This document shows, one piece after another, positions 19,196-28,240 of a stretch of DNA of 59,671 bases (position 1 is its first letter; each line of letters opens with the position of its first letter). The position numbers were made by a program, and so were the translations under genes. The notes beneath the pieces were generated by a model. The model saw only the letters and a list, made by a program, of their open reading frames with translations. It was not told the origin of the DNA and ran no database searches. Source of the stretch: a virus (lineage: Duplodnaviria > Caudoviricetes); IMG/VR virus record IMGVR_UViG_3300037833_000032, positions 1 to 59,671 of that record; one strand, written 5' to 3'.

Positions 19196-21442
19196 TTAGG
19201 CTAATAGTTCCCCAGCTGTATCGACTGTATAATTATTTAGCTTTAAGTAATCGACTATCTCTTGTTCCGTTGTAAAAAATAAATAGTTTTTTTCTGAGAC
19301 TTTAAATCTATACTTATATCCACCGTTTGAATAAACATATGCAATTTCAACACTTTTGTTATTTATCCACTCAATAAATTTTAAATAGTCAACGGAGTTA
19401 GTGCTAAAATAATAAACTTTGTTTCCTGATTTTTCAAGCCTAACCTTTAAAGCATAAGAATAATATTCTCTATGCAAACCATTTGTCTGACTTCTCTCTA
19501 GAAGAAGTATATCGTTACTGTCTTCATATCTTATAAATTTTTTATCACCGCAAACGTCTAATATTTCGGGCCGCTTAATAAAGTATTTTCGCCAATCTTG
19601 ACAATTATCATTTTCAATTATCCTTTGTAAGTCAATATTTGCAGTATCAACTGTAATTTCATCAAAAAGTAATTTCAAGTAGTCTCTCTTATCAGTGTCA
19701 TCACGCAATAATCTTTTCCAACTAATATCTCTATCATCGTCAATTAAAAAACTATAATTTCTTGATGTCCATAGTAGATAATCGCCCTTTGACAAAAGTG
19801 CTCTTTGCCATAAATAACTATCATATTTTTTTAACCCATGGTCAGAAAACATGGATGAAGCTTTCTTCCCATAAAGGTTGAATAATTCAAAAAAAGTTTG
19901 GTTTTCATTTTCATTCCAGTTAAGGTTATTGTTTGACTTAAAATAAACTTTAATTCCTGAAAATTTAAGTAAAAAGTCAATTTGCCCCTTGAAATATCCA
20001 TGCTCTTCAAATTTAATAATCGAACTTCTCCAATTGTTGTTTTTTAAGATCAGGATGGCTTTTATTCGTTCTTCTAAGATTTGGATTTCAGCAAATCCTT
20101 CAATTTTGAAAGATGGGTTAGAAAGAAAATTTAAAATATCTGCACTATGAGGTAATAATATATTCAGGCTTTTAATGCTTTTTGAAAATGCCTCAGCGTC
20201 ATTATAAATAGTATTAACTGTTAAATTTCTGACTACTCTCATCCAATCATAGAGTCCAGTTGAATTTCCATTGTTAGTTATTAAATATTTATAGAGGCCG
20301 AAAAATATGATCCTTTCAGTATATGTTAAATTATTTTGAACTACTTTATCAAAAAGTGATGACTCATTTATTAGTTTTTTTCCTTCCAAGAAGGTTTTAA
20401 TCTTATTAATTCCATTTTTTAAATAATCTAAAGTTTGAATAATATCTTGAAGACAATTGCTATCAAGGCACTTTAGAGATTCATACCGAACAAAGCTTAC
20501 TTTAGTGGACTTGTCAGTTAATATTCTTATATTCTTTTCAAATTCATTTCTATTTGATTCTATTAAGGCATAATTATTTGTTGCTAGCACACGAATAAAA
20601 TTCATTAACTGGCTATCAAATACGTTTGTAGAATTATCTCTGTAATTCCAAAATAGGTCAGTCCAATCAGTATCGATTTTCTTTGCAAATTCAGCTTTTG
20701 TGTATGTACCCTTCTCTTTATCAGAGTTTTCAATATATTGCTCAAATCTTGCTTTAAAATTTTCAAATTCTGTTAGTTCTTTACCCCTTGAATTCATTTT
20801 TACATACAAACTATCAGTAAGACCAAAATTTTTTAGTTCTATAAACTGAAAGCAGATTATTGGATTTTCATTGTTAATAAGCTTGTCAAAAAAGCCTTCT
20901 GTTTCGGTAAAAATGTTGTGTATGTCGTCAATAACAACAAGCATAGATTGTATTGTCGGATCATTTTGCCAAGACAGGAAAAACCAACATGAATCTTTTA
21001 TAACATCACTAATTGAATCATGGATAATCTCTGTTAAGTCAATATCATTTGATATCAAAGCGAAACAGAAATCTCTTGAAGAAATTCTTGTTTCGTAACT
21101 AAACTTTGCCTTACCATTAGATAATATAATATTTCTAAATTCAGACATTCTATTTTCTTTAACAGCAAGATACCAATGCAATAAGAAAAGTGTTGTAAGT
21201 CTTTGTTGTCCGTCTAAAGGTATGAAAAGTGTTTTATTGCCAGTAGTGACTAAACTACCATAAATAAAATCGAGTTCAATAGGTTTATCACCGCTTAAAT
21301 ATTCCTTAAGAGCTACTAAAAATTGATAACGTATTTCATTCGCAGATTCTCTCCCCTGGGCATAATCTCTTTGAATAATAGGAATTTCAACTGTGTAATT
21401 TTTTTCTGAAACAAGTTTATGAAAAGAAAGTTTCTCACCCAT
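19196..21442 (-). CDS. DUF262 (GmrS/ParB-like) domain protein
   Basis: IPIIQRDYAQGR, LDFIYG, PLDGQQRLTTL, MNSRGKELT.FE.FK. Confidence 0.88.
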   Translation of the reverse strand: MGEKLSFHKLVSEKNYTVEIPIIQRDYAQGRESANEIRYQFLVALKEYLSGDKPIELDFIYGSLVTTGNKTLFIPLDGQQRLTTLFLLHWYLAVKENRMSEFRNIILSNGKAKFSYETRISSRDFCFALISNDIDLTEIIHDSISDVIKDSCWFFLSWQNDPTIQSMLVVIDDIHNIFTETEGFFDKLINNENPIICFQFIELKNFGLTDSLYVKMNSRGKELTEFENFKARFEQYIENSDKEKGTYTKAEFAKKIDTDWTDLFWNYRDNSTNVFDSQLMNFIRVLATNNYALIESNRNEFEKNIRILTDKSTKVSFVRYESLKCLDSNCLQDIIQTLDYLKNGINKIKTFLEGKKLINESSLFDKVVQNNLTYTERIIFFGLYKYLITNNGNSTGLYDWMRVVRNLTVNTIYNDAEAFSKSIKSLNILLPHSADILNFLSNPSFKIEGFAEIQILEERIKAILILKNNNWRSSIIKFEEHGYFKGQIDFLLKFSGIKVYFKSNNNLNWNENENQTFFELFNLYGKKASSMFSDHGLKKYDSYLWQRALLSKGDYLLWTSRNYSFLIDDDRDISWKRLLRDDTDKRDYLKLLFDEITVDTANIDLQRIIENDNCQDWRKYFIKRPEILDVCGDKKFIRYEDSNDILLLERSQTNGLHREYYSYALKVRLEKSGNKVYYFSTNSVDYLKFIEWINNKSVEIAYVYSNGGYKYRFKVSEKNYLFFTTEQEIVDYLKLNNYTVDTAGELLA

Positions 21443-21443
21443 T

Positions 21444-23138
21444 TTATTGATTCTGACTTAAATTTTGTTTAGGTAAAAAAGGGCCTAATACATTAAGTAG
21501 TGCATTTAGGTATGATTTTCTGTCAGAAGCGCCCCACAGAGTCATTTGTGTAACAGAGTCATTATAGTATTTCAAAAATACATTTTTGGTACAAATTGGA
21601 ATGAATGTTCCATTTTGATCTTTTTGAATGATTTTATTTCTTTTTATAGGATACACTGCATTTTTATAACCTCTGTTAGTTCCTGCATCTAACAATGTTA
21701 AGTTAGAAATATCATTTATGTCTTCCATAACTCCTTTCTCAGAATACTCTTTTAACACATCATCATAAATTTTTTCAAAAATTTCTGTTCTGGAACTTTT
21801 TTCTGTTTCGAGCCATTTTGCAACTCTTTTCTTTAATTCATCATTTTGAGTAAATAATAATATTTCAGTCATCCAATCTTTTTGATGTTCATCCCTTCCA
21901 GGCATACTTGATTTGACGGAGTGAATATGTTCAATATCCCAATTTTCAGCTTTAAATCTTCCAAATTGGAAGCGATAGTTTGCAACTGAATTATTAATAA
22001 TCGATACTATGTTGAATAGCAAAAGAATATTTTTTATATGCCTTCTGTCGGAAGCTTCTGAGTAGCTTAATTCATAGACTTGGAGGTTTGAGTAGCTTTT
22101 TATTTTGTTTTTTAAGTATGTTTTAAAAGCAGTTTTTGTTTTTCCAAAAGAATTATTTTTTAATGTCTGAACCTTTTCTCCAACTGTTATTAAATAGCCA
22201 ACTAAGTGAAATAATTCTCTGTCGTTATACCATTCATGAAAAGTTTGGAAATAATCTTTAACTTCTTTCCAAGCTACCTCAACATCATTAATTTTATCAA
22301 ATCGTTGATAAAAATATCTGAAAGTAAAATCTTTGTCTTGATTAGTCTTACCACTCATTAAGTCAAAAATGAATTCAATGCGGTTGTCGTAATTGTCATT
22401 CCCATCACTGATAAAACCCCAAAACTCTTTATCTCTCAAAGTAGATTCAATTCTATCCCATTCCCCTGCAATTTCAAATTGCCTTAATCGTCTTGTCTCA
22501 TCACTCCCTTCAAAATTATCTCTAAACAAAAACAAAGCTTTTATTAATTCAGCATTAGTTAAGGGTATTTTACCGATATTTAGTCGCGTAAAAATGTCTA
22601 TTGAATCAGTATTTTCGTTTACTTCATACCATATAATTTTGGTTGAGTTTAATAATGCTCCTTCAAATTCATTTACTAAATTTTGTTTATTTGAAAACCA
22701 ATTTTTTATCGTTTTGTAGGCTTGGTGAATATGGAAGTAATCAACATTAGTTTGACTTTCTTCGGAAGCTAAACTTTCTAAATATTTACCACTTCCTATC
22801 CTTGTTTCATATTGAAGCGTATATAATGTTTTTCTATAATCTTCAGCAAGTCGGTTGTTAAGGTACTTCAATAACAAGTATATTGTAGTTAGCCGTTGTT
22901 GCCCGTCAATTACCTCCCAACTTCTACTTTTAGGTTTAACAACTACAGGTTGTAGGCAATAAAATTCATCTCTTACTTTGTCTCTTCGAATTGTAAATTC
23001 AAAAATATCCTCGAGTAAATCTGTTACTTGTCTATCTGTCCACCTATAACCTCTTTGATATGAAGGGATATAAAAGGAAAAAGGAGTATCTTTTATTAAG
23101 TCGTAAATGGTTAATAACTCAAGTTTGTTCTCTACCAT
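21444..23138 (-). CDS. DUF262 + DUF1524 (HNH) protein, GmrSD/SspE-like
   Basis: IPSYQRGYRW, IDGQQRLTT, LNIGKIPLT; WDIEHIHS..ISNLTLL...N..YKN. Confidence 0.88.
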   Translation of the reverse strand: MVENKLELLTIYDLIKDTPFSFYIPSYQRGYRWTDRQVTDLLEDIFEFTIRRDKVRDEFYCLQPVVVKPKSRSWEVIDGQQRLTTIYLLLKYLNNRLAEDYRKTLYTLQYETRIGSGKYLESLASEESQTNVDYFHIHQAYKTIKNWFSNKQNLVNEFEGALLNSTKIIWYEVNENTDSIDIFTRLNIGKIPLTNAELIKALFLFRDNFEGSDETRRLRQFEIAGEWDRIESTLRDKEFWGFISDGNDNYDNRIEFIFDLMSGKTNQDKDFTFRYFYQRFDKINDVEVAWKEVKDYFQTFHEWYNDRELFHLVGYLITVGEKVQTLKNNSFGKTKTAFKTYLKNKIKSYSNLQVYELSYSEASDRRHIKNILLLFNIVSIINNSVANYRFQFGRFKAENWDIEHIHSVKSSMPGRDEHQKDWMTEILLFTQNDELKKRVAKWLETEKSSRTEIFEKIYDDVLKEYSEKGVMEDINDISNLTLLDAGTNRGYKNAVYPIKRNKIIQKDQNGTFIPICTKNVFLKYYNDSVTQMTLWGASDRKSYLNALLNVLGPFLPKQNLSQNQ

Positions 23139-23357
23139 ATATCTAAATTGGTATTGAAGTGAAAAACTTATAATAGTGTTTCATTCTAGTTCAGTTGTCG
23201 ACTTCAGATGGCCACAGTAGTTTCTATACTTTTATGCAGTTCTAATTTTGGTCATCCGACATGAATCCAAATGACTTGCTTTGGTGGGAAAAGCGAAATT
23301 ATCAAAACATAAGTGTAATAGAAGCAAGTTAGCTTGTGTTGTGCCAACCCCTTTAGG

Positions 23358-24086
23358 CTAAACCGGATTCCATTTTAGCCTAAATTCTCTTATCGTTGAA
23401 GCATTTATATCTTTATGTATCATTCTATGACAGTTTGCACAAAGTAGAGCTAAGTCTTCAAGCTTAGTTTCCTTACTACTTTCAAAATTCGATAAGGGAA
23501 TTAGATGATGACATTCAATAAAACCCTTGCCTATTTTTCCATAGGTCTGTTCGAAATTAAAACCACAAGCTTCACATTGCAACTCTCCCTTTTCTTTTAA
23601 AACTCGTTTCTTTTTAACCTCGATTATTCTTCTATCTCGTTCTCTAACTTTGTGTAGTTTATATAAGATCTGTCCTTCTTTAACGCTGTCTGCCTCAGTT
23701 GTTTCATCATCTTCAATTTTTGCAATTTCATTAGAAAGGTCAGGATTATTTGAGATTGTTTTTATTTCATGCGCAATCTTTTTTAATCTTGGAATGTCAG
23801 CACTAAACTCTTCGAAAACCTCCTTATCTAATTTGCTAAATGATTCCATCCCTTTTCCAGTATATTTTGGGTCAAGAGCTTTAAAGTTGGATAACTTGAG
23901 GGTAACACCATTAGGGTTTCTAAATGTTTTTTTATCAGGTTTGATTTCAAAGATTGGTAATCTATTCAATAATTCAGATAAAGCAATAATTTTAGGATTT
24001 CCAGAATCCATAGGTCCAAGGTCTTTGTCAAAATATAATTCTAGCGCTAATATTATTTCATCTCTATGCCATTTTGGGTTTCTCAT
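23358..24086 (-). CDS. HNH endonuclease, McrA-like modification-dependent restriction protein
   Basis: N-terminal RNPKWHRDEIILAL; CEACGF..IECHHLIPL..LLCANCHRMIH. Confidence 0.85.
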   Translation of the reverse strand: MRNPKWHRDEIILALELYFDKDLGPMDSGNPKIIALSELLNRLPIFEIKPDKKTFRNPNGVTLKLSNFKALDPKYTGKGMESFSKLDKEVFEEFSADIPRLKKIAHEIKTISNNPDLSNEIAKIEDDETTEADSVKEGQILYKLHKVRERDRRIIEVKKKRVLKEKGELQCEACGFNFEQTYGKIGKGFIECHHLIPLSNFESSKETKLEDLALLCANCHRMIHKDINASTIREFRLKWNPV

Positions 24087-24198
24087 AAGTCTACTTCTAC
24101 ATTGTAGCCGACAAATTATTGAATGGATATGCCATGCCGGCTTACGAAATTAGGGATCTATAAATTTATAAAAAACTATTGTAGTTAAAGTTGTCAAC

Positions 24199-24225
24199 TG
24201 TGAGAAAGTTGCAAACTTTCTCACA
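24199..24225. promoter_or_regulatory. Perfect 12-bp inverted repeat (operator-like)
   Basis: TGTGAGAAAGTT-gca-AACTTTCTCACA between the divergent defence and structural operons. Confidence 0.55.
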
Positions 24226-24526
24226 ATCAATTTTGGTAATTTAACTATACTATAAGCAACATGTAACTACTATTATGAAGTAAGAAAAATTTACAATTTT
24301 AACAGCTTTTTTGCAGGTACTAAATCTTTTCTAAATAACGCAAGCAATCCTAGAAATTTGTAGTAAACTTTATAATAAACACTGTTTTATAGCTCCTAAT
24401 GAATTGCTTGGGGGATTTTGGTGTAGCTGTTTACTTAAGCTTAATAGCCAAAGAACCTGAAATTTTTGCGCCTTCCAAAGCTCTCTTATCTTTCTTTCCA
24501 ACACAAAATAATCTGATCTAAGATTT

Positions 24527-24679
24527 ATGTCAAACTGGAAAGAAATCGCCATTTCATTGGCAGTCGTGATAGTTGGAGTAGTGGTAGCTACCGTGCTGTA
24601 TAAGCAAGCAGAAAAGCTAGGTACAAAAAGCTCTAACCAAGACCACGCAGAAGTAACTTTTACAGGCAAAGCTGCATAA
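24527..24679 (+). CDS. 50-aa membrane protein (not in ORF track)
   Basis: MSNWKEIAISLAVVIVGVVVATVLYKQAEK..; immediately upstream of the capsid candidate. Confidence 0.7.
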   Translation: MSNWKEIAISLAVVIVGVVVATVLYKQAEKLGTKSSNQDHAEVTFTGKAA

Positions 24680-24708
24680 GGGACAATCTTTAAAAATTCT
24701 TAAACAAC

Positions 24709-25410
24709 GTGAAAAAGAATCCTTTCATCAACAAATTGCAAATGGAAGCTGAAAAAGCCTGGAATAATTATTCCGGTGGCGCTTCTGGTGGTAAAAGAGA
24801 CGAATTCGTTAGCATGACTGGCGGACGTTTGTCTCACATGGATGGCTCAGTACAACAAAGTGGTATCAAAACAATCACTTTTGATATCATTAACACTGAT
24901 GAAACATCTGATTTAGCTGCTGTATTATTCGGAGCTAATGAAGGTTTTGTAAATCCTTTTAATGGCGTAAAATGCTCAATAACTGGTAACACTGCTGCTG
25001 CCGGAAAGGGTATCGTAGTAACTCCCAAACGTTACTCTTTAACAGAGTTAGCTGAAAAGAGCAAAACTGAACCTTTCACTTTTATTGGTTATCGCTATGA
25101 CTTCGGAGATGAACTACAGTTGAAACAAGACTGGCATCTACGCAGAAAAGAAGGTACTGCAATTACTGATGATCTGCATAGCCCAAGCGAAATGAGAAAT
25201 TTAAGCAACAACATTGCTACAGCCATGGATAATGCTGAATTCTTCATGCGTGTTGATGCCAAAGGTGCGCTGTTCATCACATTAGCTAAAGCTCCTTCCT
25301 CTTCAGTTGCTCGTAAAATCCAAGTGATTTTCAAAGTAGGAACCGAGGTAGATTTAGGCAATGTATTGAAAGGTCAACCTGTATTGGTTCAAAACGGAAT
25401 GGGCTTCTAA
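24709..25410 (+). CDS. Candidate major capsid/structural protein (beta-rich, possible single jelly roll)
   Basis: Soluble, Gly-rich N-arm, alternating beta-strand patterns (KTITFDIIN, FTFIGYRY, FFMRVD, LFITLA, KIQVIFKV); first large gene of the operon, followed by a terminator. The fold is inferred. Confidence 0.45.
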   Translation: MKKNPFINKLQMEAEKAWNNYSGGASGGKRDEFVSMTGGRLSHMDGSVQQSGIKTITFDIINTDETSDLAAVLFGANEGFVNPFNGVKCSITGNTAAAGKGIVVTPKRYSLTELAEKSKTEPFTFIGYRYDFGDELQLKQDWHLRRKEGTAITDDLHSPSEMRNLSNNIATAMDNAEFFMRVDAKGALFITLAKAPSSSVARKIQVIFKVGTEVDLGNVLKGQPVLVQNGMGF

Positions 25411-25478
25411 TATTTGAATCGTTTGGGATAGAGTTTCTCATAATTTCTTTATTCCAAACTTTTCTCTTTGTGAATAAG

Positions 25479-25540
25479 GCCACTGCCACGAAGCATATTC
25501 TATGCATAGTAGAAGCTCCGCTATTGGCAGTGGCTTTTTT
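25479..25540 (+). terminator. Terminator/attenuator-like stem after the capsid candidate
   Basis: GCCACTGCCA..TGGCAGTGGC plus TTTTTT, with inner GCATA/TATGC stem. Confidence 0.65.
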
Positions 25541-25568
25541 AATGCACTTCTACTTACACATTCTCACA

Positions 25569-25961
25569 ATGCAGACAATTAGAGTAGAGCCAAAAACTGA
25601 TATAGAAAGCATACTGGATTATATCATAGAACGGAATAGGGAAGGAGTAAAAAAAGTATTGCTACTCAATGGATATTCAAGATTTACAACAATCCGGGAT
25701 ATGCAACTGGCATTACTGGAGCTTGTAAAATCCGATGAGAGAGCAATATCTCAGCTTGTAGCCGAACATCCGGATTATGAGCTAATCGTTGCTGATTACC
25801 TGGATAAGAATCCTGCTAGTGAACCAAAAGTAGTGAAAGCCAAAAAGAAAAAGGCTAAAGCTCAATTGCCCACAATTGATATAGACTTTTCAGTAATGGT
25901 TCAATTACTCATGTTCCTTGTGTCTGTGTGGTTAGTACTCAAAATTTTCAATAAGGACTAA
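25569..25961 (+). CDS. C-terminally anchored membrane protein (start moved from 25470)
   Basis: C-terminal TM VMVQLLMFLVSVWLVLKIF; the upstream extension overlaps the terminator. Confidence 0.7.
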   Translation: MQTIRVEPKTDIESILDYIIERNREGVKKVLLLNGYSRFTTIRDMQLALLELVKSDERAISQLVAEHPDYELIVADYLDKNPASEPKVVKAKKKKAKAQLPTIDIDFSVMVQLLMFLVSVWLVLKIFNKD

Positions 25962-26284
25962 TGGACACAACAATCTTCTCAAAGGCTCCAAAAAAGACAC
26001 ATTCCAACTTTGCGCTAGGTGCTGCCCTGACTAACCTTGGTGGTTCAGGCTTAACTGATGTTCTGGCCAATGCTTGTTTTGGAGATGCTAAATGCCAGGA
26101 AAACCGGGCATTAACTACTCAGGCAAATCTGACAAATGCCCAGGCTAATCTTGCTGCAACTCAGGTTGCTGCTATTCACGCTCAAAATGCAGGTAAGCGA
26201 AGTGAAATTCTCATGTACGTGGGTATTGCCTTTGCTTTGGTGGTAATGACTTTAGGAGCAATCTTTTTACTCAAAAAATCATAA
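25961..26284 (+). CDS. C-terminally anchored membrane protein
   Basis: TM ILMYVGIAFALVVMTLGAIFLL-KKS. Confidence 0.75.
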   Translation: MDTTIFSKAPKKTHSNFALGAALTNLGGSGLTDVLANACFGDAKCQENRALTTQANLTNAQANLAATQVAAIHAQNAGKRSEILMYVGIAFALVVMTLGAIFLLKKS

Positions 26285-26289
26285 TACCG

Positions 26290-27084
26290 ATGAAAAATAA
26301 ATTTAATCAAATGGTTGGCTTAGTGGGCTTTTCAGGTGGTGTAAATGGCCAAACTTCTAATGCTATTGGAAGTTTTGGAACTACCTCATTACTTGGCCAG
26401 TTAGCTGCTACTACTTCTGCAAGTTCCGGAGGTAGTACTTCTATTTCAACCTTGTCTACTAAACTATCCCAATTGCAGTCAGAAAGAACGCAACTGGCTC
26501 AAAAGATAGTAGCCTGTGAACAGGAAATAGCCAGACTTGCTTCTGTTCGTGGGGATTGTAAAAGGACTATTGGTTGGAATAATGGCTGTTTAGATAATAA
26601 CACAGCTTTATCTAATCAACAACAATCCTTAATTACAACCTACAAAAACCGGATAACTGCTATTGATGCTGAAATCCCCAAAATTCAGTCAGAGATAGCT
26701 GCCGCACAGAAAGCACAACAAGATGCTGCTGCTGCTACTGCAAAGTTAGAACAGGAACGTCTTGCTGCTGAAGCACTGGCCGCACAACAAAAAGCTGCTG
26801 CTGAAGCTGCTGCTGCCAAAGCCAAAGCAGAAGCCGAAGCATTGAGATTACAAGCAGAAGCCGAAAGGTTAAAACAGGAAGCTGCCGCAAATCCGGAAGT
26901 AGCTGCTATTCGTGCGGAAGCTGAAATTAAGCAAGCTCAGGCTACTGCTGCTGCCCAGGCTGCAACTCAGGTTGCTGCAACGGAAGCTGCCAGTGAGAAA
27001 TCTCAAACAATGATTTATGTAGGAGCCGGAATTGCTGCCCTGGTGATCATAGTGGTAGCAGTAATTTACGTCTTTAAAAAATAA
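26290..27084 (+). CDS. Ala-rich coiled-coil protein with C-terminal TM anchor
   Basis: Long A/E/K/Q coil, Cys residues, TM IYVGAGIAALVIIVVAVIYVF-KK. Confidence 0.8.
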   Translation: MKNKFNQMVGLVGFSGGVNGQTSNAIGSFGTTSLLGQLAATTSASSGGSTSISTLSTKLSQLQSERTQLAQKIVACEQEIARLASVRGDCKRTIGWNNGCLDNNTALSNQQQSLITTYKNRITAIDAEIPKIQSEIAAAQKAQQDAAAATAKLEQERLAAEALAAQQKAAAEAAAAKAKAEAEALRLQAEAERLKQEAAANPEVAAIRAEAEIKQAQATAAAQAATQVAATEAASEKSQTMIYVGAGIAALVIIVVAVIYVFKK

Positions 27085-27089
27085 GCTCT

Positions 27090-27542
27090 ATGCTAAATCC
27101 AAACGAAGCAAAGGCTATTTGCGCTCAAAACGAAAACCCTTTTGTAGAAAATAAGCCATACAATCCCGATGTGATACTGTCTCATGTTATCACTCATTTA
27201 ATGGATGGCTTTGCTCCTGCACCAGGGGACAAAGAAAAAGCTGATTTAGCCAAGCAATTATACATAGCTGCTATTCAGACTTTACATGAATCCGATATGC
27301 CTGTTATTGAGCAATCCATTGTAAAAATGAGAGATGCTATTATAGAAAAGGTACTTCCAAGTGAAGTTGCTACTTCCAAAGAAGATACCCAGGCAATAGA
27401 GGAAGCTCCTTGTTATGCGGCTGATCTGAAAGAATCAGTACGCTTTAATGTGGCCGGAAAGTCCATGACTGTAAAAAAGCAGTGGATTCAATGGGCTGTA
27501 ATTGCAATTCTCATTCTCTTACTTATTAAACTTTTTAGATAA
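27090..27542 (+). CDS. C-terminally anchored membrane protein
   Basis: TM WAVIAILILLLIKLFR. Confidence 0.75.
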   Translation: MLNPNEAKAICAQNENPFVENKPYNPDVILSHVITHLMDGFAPAPGDKEKADLAKQLYIAAIQTLHESDMPVIEQSIVKMRDAIIEKVLPSEVATSKEDTQAIEEAPCYAADLKESVRFNVAGKSMTVKKQWIQWAVIAILILLLIKLFR

Positions 27543-27973
27543 TGTGCAACTGTGCAGGTGTTCAATTTAGCAATTGCGTAGGGAATCCCGACTGCAATTG
27601 CCATAAAGCTGAGTTTAACCAAATGATTGGTATAAACGGTTTCTCAGGTGGTACTTCTAATGCTACCGGAGAAATACAGACTTTAGCCGTTCCTGGGGTA
27701 CAAGTGCAAACGACTATCCCAACTATTAAGGTAACAGCTCCTTCTACTACTCCAACTACTACTACCACTACCAAAGATTCAACACTTAACAAAGTGCTTG
27801 ACCTGGGTACGTCTGTATTAGGCTTGTTCGGTAAAAAATCAACTCCTACAACCAGTGCTCCAGTGCCACTTCCTGAAGAGGAAAAGACTGTTCCTACTGC
27901 TGTATGGATTGTAGTAGGTGGTATTCTGCTACTGGTGGTTGCATTTGTCATAGTTAAAGCTGCTAAAAAGTAA
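27542..27973 (+). CDS. Cys-rich N-terminus, Thr/Pro-rich, C-terminally anchored membrane protein
   Basis: MCNC..NC..DCNC, poly-Thr linker, TM AVWIVVGGILLLVVAFVIV-KAAKK. Confidence 0.78.
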   Translation: MCNCAGVQFSNCVGNPDCNCHKAEFNQMIGINGFSGGTSNATGEIQTLAVPGVQVQTTIPTIKVTAPSTTPTTTTTTKDSTLNKVLDLGTSVLGLFGKKSTPTTSAPVPLPEEEKTVPTAVWIVVGGILLLVVAFVIVKAAKK

Positions 27974-27974
27974 G

Positions 27975-28121
27975 ATGAGTAAGAAATATATAATTGCTCT
28001 TATCTGCCTTGTAGTTGGCTATATCATTGGTGATTATGATGCCTTTCACTTTGCAAGGCATCATAATGTACCTAAAACAAGTGGCTTGTTCAGGTTCAAA
28101 CCCAAATCAACGGAAGCATGA
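27975..28121 (+). CDS. 48-aa membrane protein (not in ORF track)
   Basis: MSKKYIIALICLVVGYIIGDYDAFHFARHHNVPKTSGLF..; ATGA overlap with the next gene. Confidence 0.72.
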   Translation: MSKKYIIALICLVVGYIIGDYDAFHFARHHNVPKTSGLFRFKPKSTEA

Positions 28122-28240
28122 AATTAGTATTTATCGCTGTGGCTTGCCTGTTAGCCGGGTTTATTACCGCTGACTTTTTAGCTGCTGAATCGGCTAAAAA
28201 TAACGGAGTACCTAAAAATGGGGGGCTTTTCACCAACTAA
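28118..28240 (+). CDS. 40-aa membrane protein, paralog of the preceding gene (not in ORF track)
   Basis: MKLVFIAVACLLAGFITADFLAAESAKNNGVPKNGGLFTN; TAATG overlap with the next gene. Confidence 0.72.
   Translation: MKLVFIAVACLLAGFITADFLAAESAKNNGVPKNGGLFTN

Noticed and set aside
26290-27084. TolA or tape measure call for the Ala-rich protein
   Set aside because: The similarity is compositional only; it has a C-terminal anchor and no tol or tail context.
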